Below, piece after piece: positions 48,185 to 57,585 of a stretch of DNA of 64,000 bases (position 1 is the stretch's first letter; each line of letters starts with the position of its first letter). Source of the stretch: an uncultured Chloroflexia bacterium (GTDB lineage: Bacteria; Chloroflexota; Limnocylindria; Limnocylindrales; CSP1-4); assembly GCA_963703155.1 (NCBI GenBank), contig OY969796.1:3350151-3414150 (forward strand), given 5' to 3'. Position numbers and translations under genes: made by a program. The notes below the pieces were generated by a model, which had not been told where the DNA came from, searched no databases, and saw only the letters and a program-made list of their open reading frames with translations.

Positions 48185-49807
48185 TCAGGCCACCTTCCGG
48201 CCGCGGGACTTGAGGACCTCGAGCGCGGCCAGCCGCCCGTTGGCGCCCATGAGGCCGCCGCCGGGGTGCGTGGACGAGCCCGACAGGTACAGGTTCTGCA
48301 CGGGCGTCTTGAACCGCGCGTAGCCGGGCACCGGCCGGTTGAAGAACAGCTGCTCGAGCGAGAGCTCGCCCTGGAAGATGTTCCCCTCGGTCAGGCCCAT
48401 CGTCCGCTCGATGTCGAGCGGGGTCAGGACCTGACGGCCGATGATGATCTCGCGGATGTTGGGCGCGAACTCCGCGATCCGGTCGATGACCGCGTCGCCG
48501 AAGGCCTCGCGCTGGTCGTCCCAGGTGCCGAGCTCGGGCGCCAGCTTGTACGGCGCGTACTGGACGAAGCACGAGATGACGTGCTTTCCCGGAGGCGCCA
48601 TCTGCGGGTCCACCAGCGTGGGGATGATCATGTCGATGTACGGCTTGCGGCTGAACCGCCCGTACTTCGCATCGTCGTAGGCCTGCTCCATCTCGATCGT
48701 GTTCGGGCTGAACGAGATGGCGCCGCGGAGGTGCTCGCCCTCGCCGGGGAGGCACGTGAAGTCGGGCAGGCGGTCCACGGCCAGGTTGACCTTGCCCGAG
48801 CTGCCGCGGAACTTGAAGCGGCGGACCTCCTGCTCGAACAGCGGGTCGAGCGAGCCGGGCTCGAGCAGGTCGAGGAACGTGACCTTCGCGTCAGCTGAGG
48901 AGAGGACGACGCTCGCCTCGATCTCCTCGCCGCTCTCGAGCGCGACGCCCGTCGCCCGGCCGTTCTTGACGACGATCCTCGCGACCGGCGCCTCGGTCCG
49001 GATCTCGGCGCCCAGCGCTTGCGCCGCACGGGCGATCGAGTACGACACCCCGCCGGTGCCGCCCTTGGGGATGCCCCACGCGCGGAAGGCGCCGTCGATC
49101 TCGCCCATGTAGTGGTGGAGCAGCACGTAGGCCGTGCCCGGCGAGCGGATGCCCTGGTAGGTGCCGATGATCCCCGACGCCGACATCGTCGCCTTGAGCG
49201 GCTCGGTCTCGAACCACTGGTCGAGGAAGTCCTTGGCGGACATCGTCATCAGCTGGACGAAGACGGCCTGCTGGCGCTCGGGGAGCTGGGCGAAGCGGCG
49301 GGCGAGGCTCGCGATCGGGAGCAGCGGGCGCGGGTCGTTGTCGGTGGGGTCGCCCGGGACGATGCCGAGGATCGGCTTGATGAACCGGGCCATCTCCACC
49401 ATGAGCTGGCCGTACTCCTCGTACGCCTCGGCGTCGTTCTTCGACCAGCGGCGCAGCTCACGGACCGTCCGGCCGTGGTCGTTGACCCGCCACAGGTAGT
49501 CGCCGCCGTCGGGCGTCCTGTCCACGCCCTTCCGCAGCGGGGTGAACGTGCCGTCAAGCGGCAGGATGTCGAGGCCGTAGCGGGGCAGGTTGAGGTCGCG
49601 GATGATCTCCGGGCGCAGCAGGCTCACGACGTAGCTCGCGACCGAGAAGCGGAAGCCGGGGATGATCTCCTCGGTGACGGCCGCGCCGCCGAGCACGTGC
49701 CGGCGCTCGAGGACGAGCGTCTTCAGGCCCGCCCTGGCCAGGTAGGCCGCGGACACGAGCCCGTTGTGCCCGCCGCCGATGATCACCGCGTCGTAGCGCT
49801 GGGGCAC
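48185..49807 (-). CDS. Phytoene-dehydrogenase-like FAD oxidoreductase (first of a pair)
   Basis: IIGGGHNGL, LERRHVLGGAAVTEE, AYVLLHHYMG, PTLVDPQMAPPGKH and YLSGSSTHPGGG. Confidence 0.9.
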   Translation of the reverse strand: MPQRYDAVIIGGGHNGLVSAAYLARAGLKTLVLERRHVLGGAAVTEEIIPGFRFSVASYVVSLLRPEIIRDLNLPRYGLDILPLDGTFTPLRKGVDRTPDGGDYLWRVNDHGRTVRELRRWSKNDAEAYEEYGQLMVEMARFIKPILGIVPGDPTDNDPRPLLPIASLARRFAQLPERQQAVFVQLMTMSAKDFLDQWFETEPLKATMSASGIIGTYQGIRSPGTAYVLLHHYMGEIDGAFRAWGIPKGGTGGVSYSIARAAQALGAEIRTEAPVARIVVKNGRATGVALESGEEIEASVVLSSADAKVTFLDLLEPGSLDPLFEQEVRRFKFRGSSGKVNLAVDRLPDFTCLPGEGEHLRGAISFSPNTIEMEQAYDDAKYGRFSRKPYIDMIIPTLVDPQMAPPGKHVISCFVQYAPYKLAPELGTWDDQREAFGDAVIDRIAEFAPNIREIIIGRQVLTPLDIERTMGLTEGNIFQGELSLEQLFFNRPVPGYARFKTPVQNLYLSGSSTHPGGGLMGANGRLAALEVLKSRGRKVA

Positions 49808-49934
49808 CCCACCCTCCGTTCGGGACGCGCGGCCTCGCGACCGCTATTCAGCCTGCATGGGATTGATGCAGTCTAGCCGACCAAGGCCCGGGCGTCGGGG
49901 CGAGGTTCACGGAACGGGCCGGCCGCGACCCTGG

Positions 49935-50130
49935 GCGCGAGTCGGCTGCGACTCAATCCGAAGGGTGTCGTGCGCGACCCGCCACCCCGAATGACGTTGC
50001 GGGCCCCGAGCCGTGCAGGACGGTGGCCCGAACGAGTCTGCCGCGACTCACGACCCCGAACGAGTCTGCCGCGACTCAGGGACCTGGCTCTGCCGCGATC
50101 CGGTGGCGGCCACGGAGTCGCGACGAGCTC
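49935..50130. repeat. Dispersed palindromic element (GAGTC-N6-GACTC), copy B, with an exact 24-bp duplication
   Basis: Palindromes at 49939, 50034 and 50062. CCCGAACGAGTCTGCCGCGACTCA occurs at 50027-50050 and 50055-50078. Degenerate copies at 49965, 50086 and 50115. Confidence 0.78.
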
Positions 50131-50159
50131 CCGTCCGGCGCCAATCTGCAGATCGCGCG

Positions 50160-53111
50160 CTACCAGCCCTCGTCGAGCGTCCGCGCCAGGGCCGCGACGA
50201 CCACATCCGCGCTGCGCCGGTCGATGCACAGCGGCGGCTTCACCTTGAGCACGTTGTTGCCGTCGCCGGTGGGCTGGACGATCACGCCCAGCTCCAGCAT
50301 CCGCTCACAGACCGCCAGTGCCTCGGCATCGGCCGGCTCGAGGGTCACCCGGCTCCGCACCAGCTCCACGCCGAGGTACAGGCCCATCCCATGCACGGCG
50401 CCGACGATCTCCGGGTGCGCTGCGGCCACCTGCTCCAGGCCGGTCCTGAGATGGCCCCCGACCTCGCGGGCGTTGTCGCGCAGTCCCTCGCGGTCGATGG
50501 TCTCGAGCACGGCCAGGCCCGCCGCGCAGGCCACCGGCGACCCGCCCACCGTCGAGAAGAACGACCCCTCGGCGGCGAACGCCTCAGCGATCGCCCGCGT
50601 GGTCACGACCGCGCCCACCGCCATGCCGTTCCCGGCCGCCTTGGCCACGGTCACGATGTCGGGGATGACGGCCTGCTGCTCGAACGCCCACTGGTGGTGG
50701 CCCAGGCGCGAGTAGCCGGTCTGCACCTCGTCGGCGATGGCGAGGCCCCCCGAGGCGCGGACCGCGGCGTAGACCTGGCGCAGGTAGTCGTCGGGCAGGA
50801 CCACGCCGCCGGCGTTGCCGTACAGCGGCTCGGCGATGAACGCCGACGGGCGCCGGCCGCCGGCCGCCAGACGCGCCAAGACGGCGCGGACGTCGTCGGC
50901 GTAGCGAGTGCCAGCGTCGGGGCCCCGATGGAGCCCGCGGTACGTGTTGGGCGGCTCGACCGGGTGCACCCACGCCGGCCGCGTGCCCAGCGCCCGCGGG
51001 TTGTCGAGCGCCGAGGTGGTGATGGCGTCGGTGGCGCCCGTCCAGCCGTGGTACTCGCCGCGGACGCACAGCACGTCCTCGGCACCCGTGGCGGCCCGCG
51101 CGAGGCGCAGGGCCAGCTCGTTCGCCTCGGAGCCCGTGTTCACGAGGAAGACCGTGTCGAGCGGCGCGGGGAAGCGCGCGGCCAGCGCCTCCGCGAACTC
51201 GACCATCGCCGCATACAGGAACCTCGAGTTGGTGTTCAGCCGCCGGAGCTGGCGCACGACGGCCTCCTCGACCGCCGGGTGGCTGTGGCCGAGGACGGCG
51301 ACGTTGTTGACGATGTCGACGTAGGCCCGGCCGCCCGTGTCGACGAGGTGGTGGCGCCAGCCGCGCTCGATCCTCGGCGGGGCGTCGAAGTAGTGGACCT
51401 GCACGTCGGCGAGCACGCGGCTGCGGCGGGCCAGCAGAGCGGCGGTGTCGCCGGGCGACGCGTCGAGCACACCCGGGCCGAGCCCGAGGAGCGCCGAAGG
51501 GTCGGGGCAGAGGGCCTTCCATGCCGCGGCCAGCGACGGGACCGCACGAGGGGGCGCGTCAAGCCCCGGCACCAGCACGAGCTGCACGTGGACCCGCGGC
51601 GGCGGGCCGTCCGTGTGCTGCCCGGCGACCTCACCGATGGGATCGCCCGCGACAACCGTTTCGCCATCAGCGACGTCGGCCAGCACGCCGCCAAGCCGGA
51701 GCTCGAAGCCGTGGACGGCGATCGCGACCCCGTCCGGCAGCCGACGGATCGAGCCCGCGAGGGGCGCGGCCACGGGAGTCCCGGCCCGAACGAAGACATC
51801 GGCGCCGAGGTGGACGGTCTCGTGCTCTTCGAGCGAGTCCAGCTCCACATCCGCCAGCCGCGCCTCGCCCCACCGCCCGATCGCCATCGGCCCGGCGGCC
51901 GCGACTGCGGCCGCCGTCGCGTTGTTGTCGCCCGTCGATGCGGACGACAACGCGTTGCTCGTTGTCGACAGGTCCAGCACCGGCGCCGTCGTCATGCCGG
52001 CGACCAGGGCCAGCGGAGGAACGAGTGGCCGCGGAGCAGCGCGGGAGGGCCCCAGCCCCGCCGCAGCCCGGAGCACCTCCTCGGCCAACTCGAAGGGGAC
52101 GGCCGCCACCGCCGCCAGCGCATCCCACTCCTCATCGCGGGTCGAGGCGACATAGGCGTTGTCGGGCTCCAGCGCCGCCTGCTGGTCCCCGCTCACGGCG
52201 ACGGCCGCGGCGCGCGCCACGACCATCGGCCAGATCGCTGCCAGTTCGGCCTCGCCGAGCGGCAGGAGCGCGAGGAACCCGGTTGCGATCGGACGCGCCA
52301 CCGCCAGCGGGTGCGCCATGTCGCGGATGGCGTCGGCCGCGATCGTCACGGCCAGCTCGGCCGCGCGCCACGTTCGCGACAGGTCGCCGAAGTCGATCAG
52401 GCCCGCGGGCATCGGCCGGCCGGCCCGGTCACGCCGGGCTAGGGTGTTGACGTCGGTCACGTCCTGGTGGACGACCGCGATCCTCAGCTGCCCCTCGAGT
52501 GGGCCCAGGACCACCGTCGCGCGCGCGACCGCTTCCTCGGCCAGCTGCCGGCGTGCCGGCGTGCCCACGAACGGCGCCAGGGCCCGGACGACGGCGCCCG
52601 CGTGTCGGACGTCCCATTGGAGGGCACGGTCGAGCGCTGGGTGCTCGAACCCGTCAAGCGCCAGCGCGATCCGTGCCGCCATCGCGCCGTGCGCCCGGAG
52701 CACCGGCGGCGCGAGGTGGCCGACGCGGTCCATCGGCTCGCCCTCGATCCAGCTCACGACGCGCAGGTCGTGCGCGGTGCCGGACTCGGTCATCGCGCGC
52801 ACGATCAGCGAGCCGTTGAGCGCCGACCGGGGGACGGGCACCTCGAACGGGAGGCCCGCGGCCGCCGCCCGGACCATGGCGGCGTTCTCGGCCTCGAGGG
52901 CGGCACGGCCCAGCCCCTCCCGGGCCACCTTGAGGACGTACCGATCGCCCGCAGGCGTGGCCACCCGGTAGTTGCGGTCCTGGTGGCTCCCGAGCTCGAG
53001 CAGCTCGCCCTCGAGCCCGAAGGCCCGGCGCAGCAGCCGTGCGGCCTCGGGGGCTTCGACGGCGGGGCGCCGGTGCTCGTGGCCGTGGAACGGATTTGCG
53101 GCGTCGCTCAT
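50160..53111 (-). CDS. Fusion of an aminoglycoside-phosphotransferase-like kinase, an M23-like domain and a class-III aminotransferase
   Basis: Kinase motifs YVLKV, HQDVTDVN and IDFGD. M23-like HLGAD...TPVAAPLAG. Aminotransferase motifs YHGWT, IADEVQTG and TVAKAAGNG. Confidence 0.88.
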   Translation of the reverse strand: MSDAANPFHGHEHRRPAVEAPEAARLLRRAFGLEGELLELGSHQDRNYRVATPAGDRYVLKVAREGLGRAALEAENAAMVRAAAAGLPFEVPVPRSALNGSLIVRAMTESGTAHDLRVVSWIEGEPMDRVGHLAPPVLRAHGAMAARIALALDGFEHPALDRALQWDVRHAGAVVRALAPFVGTPARRQLAEEAVARATVVLGPLEGQLRIAVVHQDVTDVNTLARRDRAGRPMPAGLIDFGDLSRTWRAAELAVTIAADAIRDMAHPLAVARPIATGFLALLPLGEAELAAIWPMVVARAAAVAVSGDQQAALEPDNAYVASTRDEEWDALAAVAAVPFELAEEVLRAAAGLGPSRAAPRPLVPPLALVAGMTTAPVLDLSTTSNALSSASTGDNNATAAAVAAAGPMAIGRWGEARLADVELDSLEEHETVHLGADVFVRAGTPVAAPLAGSIRRLPDGVAIAVHGFELRLGGVLADVADGETVVAGDPIGEVAGQHTDGPPPRVHVQLVLVPGLDAPPRAVPSLAAAWKALCPDPSALLGLGPGVLDASPGDTAALLARRSRVLADVQVHYFDAPPRIERGWRHHLVDTGGRAYVDIVNNVAVLGHSHPAVEEAVVRQLRRLNTNSRFLYAAMVEFAEALAARFPAPLDTVFLVNTGSEANELALRLARAATGAEDVLCVRGEYHGWTGATDAITTSALDNPRALGTRPAWVHPVEPPNTYRGLHRGPDAGTRYADDVRAVLARLAAGGRRPSAFIAEPLYGNAGGVVLPDDYLRQVYAAVRASGGLAIADEVQTGYSRLGHHQWAFEQQAVIPDIVTVAKAAGNGMAVGAVVTTRAIAEAFAAEGSFFSTVGGSPVACAAGLAVLETIDREGLRDNAREVGGHLRTGLEQVAAAHPEIVGAVHGMGLYLGVELVRSRVTLEPADAEALAVCERMLELGVIVQPTGDGNNVLKVKPPLCIDRRSADVVVAALARTLDEGW

Positions 53112-53165
53112 GCCGCCCATCGTGGCAGACCGGGCGCATCGTCCGCGACCCGTGCCACCGTGCGG

Positions 53166-54206
53166 TCAGGGGATGGGCATCGTCCGGACCCGCGACAGCC
53201 ATCGTTCCGCGCTGCCGCCGGGCCGGGCAGCGGCGGGCGGGGGACCGCCGGGCACGGCGTCGCTCGGCACCGGGCTCGACGACGGGCTTGACGACGGGCT
53301 CGTCGACGGAGGGTCTGAGGGTGTCGGGCTCGGGGGCGCAAGCAGCGCCTGCGCCGCGAGCGCCGGCCCGACCGGGAAGCGCATCGGCGCGGCCCCGGGG
53401 AGCCCGAGCAGCTGGGGTACGGTCACGAACGTGAAGCCGCGCGAGCGATACGAGGCGATGACCCCTGGCAGCGCGGCGAGATCGACCTGGTTGCCGCAGT
53501 GCCCCAGCACCACCGAGCCGGCCACGCCGCGGGACGCCGAGCGGATGTACGAGGCGATGGGCCATCGCTGCCCGTTGGGTCGGTGCGAGGAGTCCGCGAA
53601 GGATGCGTCCCAGTTGAGGACGATCGGATAGCCTGCCTCGCCTGCCGCGAGCAGCGTGCCCCGGCTGAAGGCGCCGTACGGCGGCCGGAAGACGAGCAGC
53701 GATGGCCCGCCGATGACCGTCTCCACGACGCGACGGTCCGTCTCGATCTGCGCCAGCTGGTCCGCGTAGCTCAGGCTGGGCATCTCGGGGTGAGTGGCCG
53801 TGTGGTTGCCGATCGGGAAGCCCAGCGCGGCCACGCGGCGCCACAGCTGCGGGGCCCGTGCAACGTTCACGGAGTTGGGGAAGAACGTCGCGGGCGTCGC
53901 GGTCCGCTCCAGGACGTCGACGAGCGCGCCGCACGCGGCGGGGTTGTAGCCGTCGTCAAAGGTCAGGGCGACGACGCGCGCGCTCCGTGCGCCATGGGTC
54001 ACCGGGACGGCCGGCTTCGCCGGCACCTCCGTCAGCGACACGTCCGGCGGGATCGCGGCGCTCGCCCGGGATGGTGCGCCAAGGAGGGCGGCCGCGACCA
54101 GCAGGCCAAGGACGGAGAGGCATCGGGCGGCTCGGGGTCGGGTTGCGGACACGGCAGCCCATTCTGACGCGAGCGCATGGCACCGCGTGACGAGTCCCAC
54201 GTCCAT
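53166..54206 (-). CDS. Secreted polysaccharide deacetylase (NodB-homology) with a Pro/Ser-rich tail
   Basis: ALTFDDG, IGNHTATHP and FRPPYG, with a hydrophobic leader. The start codon is uncertain. Confidence 0.8.
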   Translation of the reverse strand: MDVGLVTRCHALASEWAAVSATRPRAARCLSVLGLLVAAALLGAPSRASAAIPPDVSLTEVPAKPAVPVTHGARSARVVALTFDDGYNPAACGALVDVLERTATPATFFPNSVNVARAPQLWRRVAALGFPIGNHTATHPEMPSLSYADQLAQIETDRRVVETVIGGPSLLVFRPPYGAFSRGTLLAAGEAGYPIVLNWDASFADSSHRPNGQRWPIASYIRSASRGVAGSVVLGHCGNQVDLAALPGVIASYRSRGFTFVTVPQLLGLPGAAPMRFPVGPALAAQALLAPPSPTPSDPPSTSPSSSPSSSPVPSDAVPGGPPPAAARPGGSAERWLSRVRTMPIP

Positions 54207-54223
54207 CGTGGCATCATCGCTTG

Positions 54224-54835
54224 GTGCATCCCTTCGACGCCAAGGCAGCAGAGTGGGACAGCCCCGTCCGCGTCGAGCGGGCCGTCGCGATCGCCGGGGC
54301 TGTCCGCGCGGCCGTCCCGGTTGGGCCCGGCACGCGGGTGGCGGACGTGGGCGCAGGAACGGGCCTCCTCGGCCGTGCGCTGGCACCGCACGTGGGGAGC
54401 GTCGTCGTCACCGACCCCTCATCGGGGATGCTCGCCCAGGCGGCGTCGGCGATCGCCCGGGACGGCCTGGCGAACGTGTCGACGCGCCAGTTCGAGCTCG
54501 GCGTGGACTCGCCGCCGGCGGCAGAGTTCGACGTCGTCGTCAGCCTGATGGCCATGCACCACGTGCCCGACACGGACCTTGCGCTGCGCCATCTCGCCAC
54601 CATGCTGGCGCCGGGCGGCTGGATTGCGATGGCGGACCTCGATGCCGAGGACGGCTCCTTCCATGTCGACCCGGAGGAGCGCCCCCTGGTCCTCCACGGC
54701 TACGACCGAGACGACCTTGGCCAGCGAGCTGGGGCCGCAGGCTTCGAGGCGGTGCGCTTCGAGGACGTCTGGGACATCACCAGGAACGATCGGCGCTACA
54801 CCCTGTTCCTGATGGTCGCCCGCCTGGCCGGGTGA
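54224..54835 (+). CDS. Class I SAM-dependent methyltransferase
   Basis: VADVGAGTGLL, VTDPSSGML, FDVVVSLMAMHHV and LAPGGWIAMAD. Confidence 0.88.
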   Translation: MHPFDAKAAEWDSPVRVERAVAIAGAVRAAVPVGPGTRVADVGAGTGLLGRALAPHVGSVVVTDPSSGMLAQAASAIARDGLANVSTRQFELGVDSPPAAEFDVVVSLMAMHHVPDTDLALRHLATMLAPGGWIAMADLDAEDGSFHVDPEERPLVLHGYDRDDLGQRAGAAGFEAVRFEDVWDITRNDRRYTLFLMVARLAG

Positions 54836-54960
54836 GGCCCCGTGCGCGGCCGTGCCCTGACACCGGGCGCGACGGTGCGTGGTCTCGCTGGCAGCGCCCC
54901 GCTATCCACACTGCATAGCGCTCATGCATACTTCGCCGGTCACCTGACTGGAGGAAGTGC

Positions 54961-56151
54961 GTGAGCGTCGGCACCCCGTTCCATCCCCGGGCAGCGGCCC
55001 TGAATCGCAAGATGCAGTGGCGCGAGTGGTCCGGCTACTGGGCGTCGTCGGTCTACGCTGACTTCCACGACATCGAGTACAACGCGATCCGCGAGGCGGC
55101 GGCCGTCATCGACGTCAGCCCGCTGTACAAGTACCGGCTGACAGGCCCGGACGCCCTCCGGCTCACGGACCGGGTGATCACGCGCGACGCGTCGAAGCTG
55201 GCCGTCGGGCAGGTCTACTACACGCCCTGGTGCGACGAGCACGGCAAGGTGATCGATGACGGGACCGTGCACCGCGTCGGCGAACACGAGATCCGCTGGA
55301 CTGCCGCCGATCCCCAGTACCGCTGGCTGACGCTCAACGCGGCGGGCCTCGACGTGACCGTCGAGGACGTCTCGGAGTCGATCGCCACGCTGGCCCTCCA
55401 GGGCCCGTTCAGCCGGGCCGTCCTCGAGGCGGCGACGGGCGAGAGCTTCGCCGACCTGCGGTACTTCCGGCGCCGCGCGAGCCAGATCGCCGGGACCGCG
55501 ATCGACGTGAGCCGGACCGGCTACACCGGCGACCTGGGCTACGAGCTGTGGATCCCGGCCGAGGCAGCGTCCGGTGTCTGGGACCGGCTGTTCGAGGTCG
55601 GCAAGGCCTATGCCATCCGCCCCGCCGGGATGCTGGCGCTCGACGTCGTGCGGCTTGAGGCCGGCCTCGTCCTGCTCGAGGTGGACTACACCTCCGCCCG
55701 CCACGCGATGAACCCCGAGCAGAACTACAGCCCCGCCGAGATCGGGCTCGGCCGCCTCGTCAACCTCGACAAGGACGATTTCGTGGGGAAGCGCGCGCTG
55801 GCCGCAGAGCGCGCCGCGGGGGGTCCCGCCCGACGTCTCGTGGGCCTCCAGCTCGACTGGTACGACATCGAGGCGCTGTTCGACGCCCAGGGCCTGCCGC
55901 CCGCCGTCTCGCCCATCGTGGACCGCTCGCCGGTGCCGGTGTTCTCCGGGGGAAGCCAGGTCGGCAAGGCCACGTCCCACGGCTGGAGCCCGATCCTCAA
56001 GCAGGCCATCGCGCTGGCGTCGGTGCCACCGCGGTTCGAGCGGACCGGGACGCGCCTCGCGGTCGAGTGGACTGTCGAGGGCCGCCGCGGCCGGGTCGGC
56101 GCCACGGTCGTGGAGCTGCCGTTCCTCGACCTCGAGCGCAAGCGCGCGTGA
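54961..56151 (+). CDS. Aminomethyltransferase (GcvT-like) family protein
   Basis: EYNAIREAAAVIDVSPLYK, IDDGTV, LALQGP, SRTGYTGDLGYELW and VVRLEAG. Confidence 0.9.
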   Translation: MSVGTPFHPRAAALNRKMQWREWSGYWASSVYADFHDIEYNAIREAAAVIDVSPLYKYRLTGPDALRLTDRVITRDASKLAVGQVYYTPWCDEHGKVIDDGTVHRVGEHEIRWTAADPQYRWLTLNAAGLDVTVEDVSESIATLALQGPFSRAVLEAATGESFADLRYFRRRASQIAGTAIDVSRTGYTGDLGYELWIPAEAASGVWDRLFEVGKAYAIRPAGMLALDVVRLEAGLVLLEVDYTSARHAMNPEQNYSPAEIGLGRLVNLDKDDFVGKRALAAERAAGGPARRLVGLQLDWYDIEALFDAQGLPPAVSPIVDRSPVPVFSGGSQVGKATSHGWSPILKQAIALASVPPRFERTGTRLAVEWTVEGRRGRVGATVVELPFLDLERKRA

Positions 56152-57551
56152 GCGGCCCCGACGCTCCCGGCCCCGATGCCTGGGTGGCGTTCGACGCGCT
56201 GGTCGCCGAGCGCCTGCCCGCGTGGACGGCCGAGCTCGTGGACTACCTCGCGATCCCGTCCGAGGGCGGCGACGAGGCAGCGCTGGCCGACGCCGCGGCC
56301 TGGACGGCCGACCGACTCACTCGCGCCGGGGCGACCGTGGAGGTCATCACGATCGAGCGCGTCCCGCCGCTGGTCGTGGGCGAGCTGGGCGACGGTCCCC
56401 GGACCATCAACGCCGTCCAGCACTACGACGTCCAGCCCGCCGAGCCGCTCGGCCTCTGGACGACGCCGCCCTACGCGCCCCACGTCCGCGACGGGCGCGT
56501 CTGGGCGCGCGGCGCGACGGACAACAAGGGCGAGTTCCTGCCCCGCCTCTGGGCCCTGGAGGCCTATCGCGACGCGATCGGCCCGCTCCCCTGCCGGGTC
56601 CGGTTCCTCGTCGAGGGCCAGGAGGAGACTGGCTCGGGCGCGCTCGACGCCCTGCTCGACCAGGCCCCGCGGCTGCGCGAGGCCGACGCCGCGCTCATCG
56701 AGGGCGGCGGGCTCGACATGAACGGGCGCCCCGGGGTCGTCGGGGGCGGCAAGGGCATCGTCGTGTTTGAGCTGTTCGCCAAGACGATGGCGCACGACGC
56801 GCACTCGAGCCTGTCGGTGCTGCTCCAGAACGCCGGTCACCGGCTCATCGCCGCGCTGGCGACGTTCTGGGACGCGGAGGGCCGCCCCGCGATCGCGGGG
56901 CTCGACGCGGGCAAGCGCGCGCCCACAATCGCGCAGCTGGCCGTGATCGCGGCGCAGGACCAGCAGGACCTCGCCGACATCCGGGCGGACTGGGAGGTGG
57001 AGCGCTTCATCGGAGGGCTCGACGGCGTGGCCGCGATGGAGGCGCTGACCTTCCAGACGACGCTCAACCTCCAGGGGCTGTGGGCCGGCCACACTGATCC
57101 GACGCCCAAGACCGTGACGCCGGCGGAGGCGCACGCCCGCCTCGACATCCGGATCGTCCCGGACCAGCAGCCCGACGAGATCCTCGGGGCGGTCCGGCGC
57201 CACCTCGACGCGCACGGCTTTGCCGATGTGGAGATCCGCAAGCGCGAGGGTGAGCCGGCGTGGTGGACGCCCCCCGACCACGTCGTGGTGACCACCGCGG
57301 CCGCGGTGTCGTCGGAGGTGGCCGGTCTCGAGGCGACGCTGGGCGTGTCGGCGGCCGGGACCGTGCCGATGGCGCAGGTCTGCGCCCGTCACCGCGTTCC
57401 GTGCACATCGCTCGGCGCCGGTCGGGCCGACTGCCGCGCCCATGCGCCCGACGAGAACATCCGCCTCGAGGACCTCGCGGCCGCGGCCAGGATGATGGGG
57501 CGCTTCGTGGCCTCGTTCGCGCGCCTGCCCGAGGTGCCTCGGGTCCCCTGA
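56148..57551 (+). CDS. M20-family metallopeptidase / amidohydrolase
   Basis: HYDVQP, ARGATDNKG, EGQEETGS and AHAPDENI. Confidence 0.9.
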   Translation: MSGPDAPGPDAWVAFDALVAERLPAWTAELVDYLAIPSEGGDEAALADAAAWTADRLTRAGATVEVITIERVPPLVVGELGDGPRTINAVQHYDVQPAEPLGLWTTPPYAPHVRDGRVWARGATDNKGEFLPRLWALEAYRDAIGPLPCRVRFLVEGQEETGSGALDALLDQAPRLREADAALIEGGGLDMNGRPGVVGGGKGIVVFELFAKTMAHDAHSSLSVLLQNAGHRLIAALATFWDAEGRPAIAGLDAGKRAPTIAQLAVIAAQDQQDLADIRADWEVERFIGGLDGVAAMEALTFQTTLNLQGLWAGHTDPTPKTVTPAEAHARLDIRIVPDQQPDEILGAVRRHLDAHGFADVEIRKREGEPAWWTPPDHVVVTTAAAVSSEVAGLEATLGVSAAGTVPMAQVCARHRVPCTSLGAGRADCRAHAPDENIRLEDLAAAARMMGRFVASFARLPEVPRVP

Positions 57552-57585
57552 CGGCGCCTCGTTCGCCCCCGAGCGGCCCGTGTCG

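Noticed and set aside
46495-49807. Carotenoid biosynthesis (crtI) call
   Set aside because: No crtB, crtE or crtY is nearby, and the motifs fit the broader phytoene-dehydrogenase-like oxidoreductase group.
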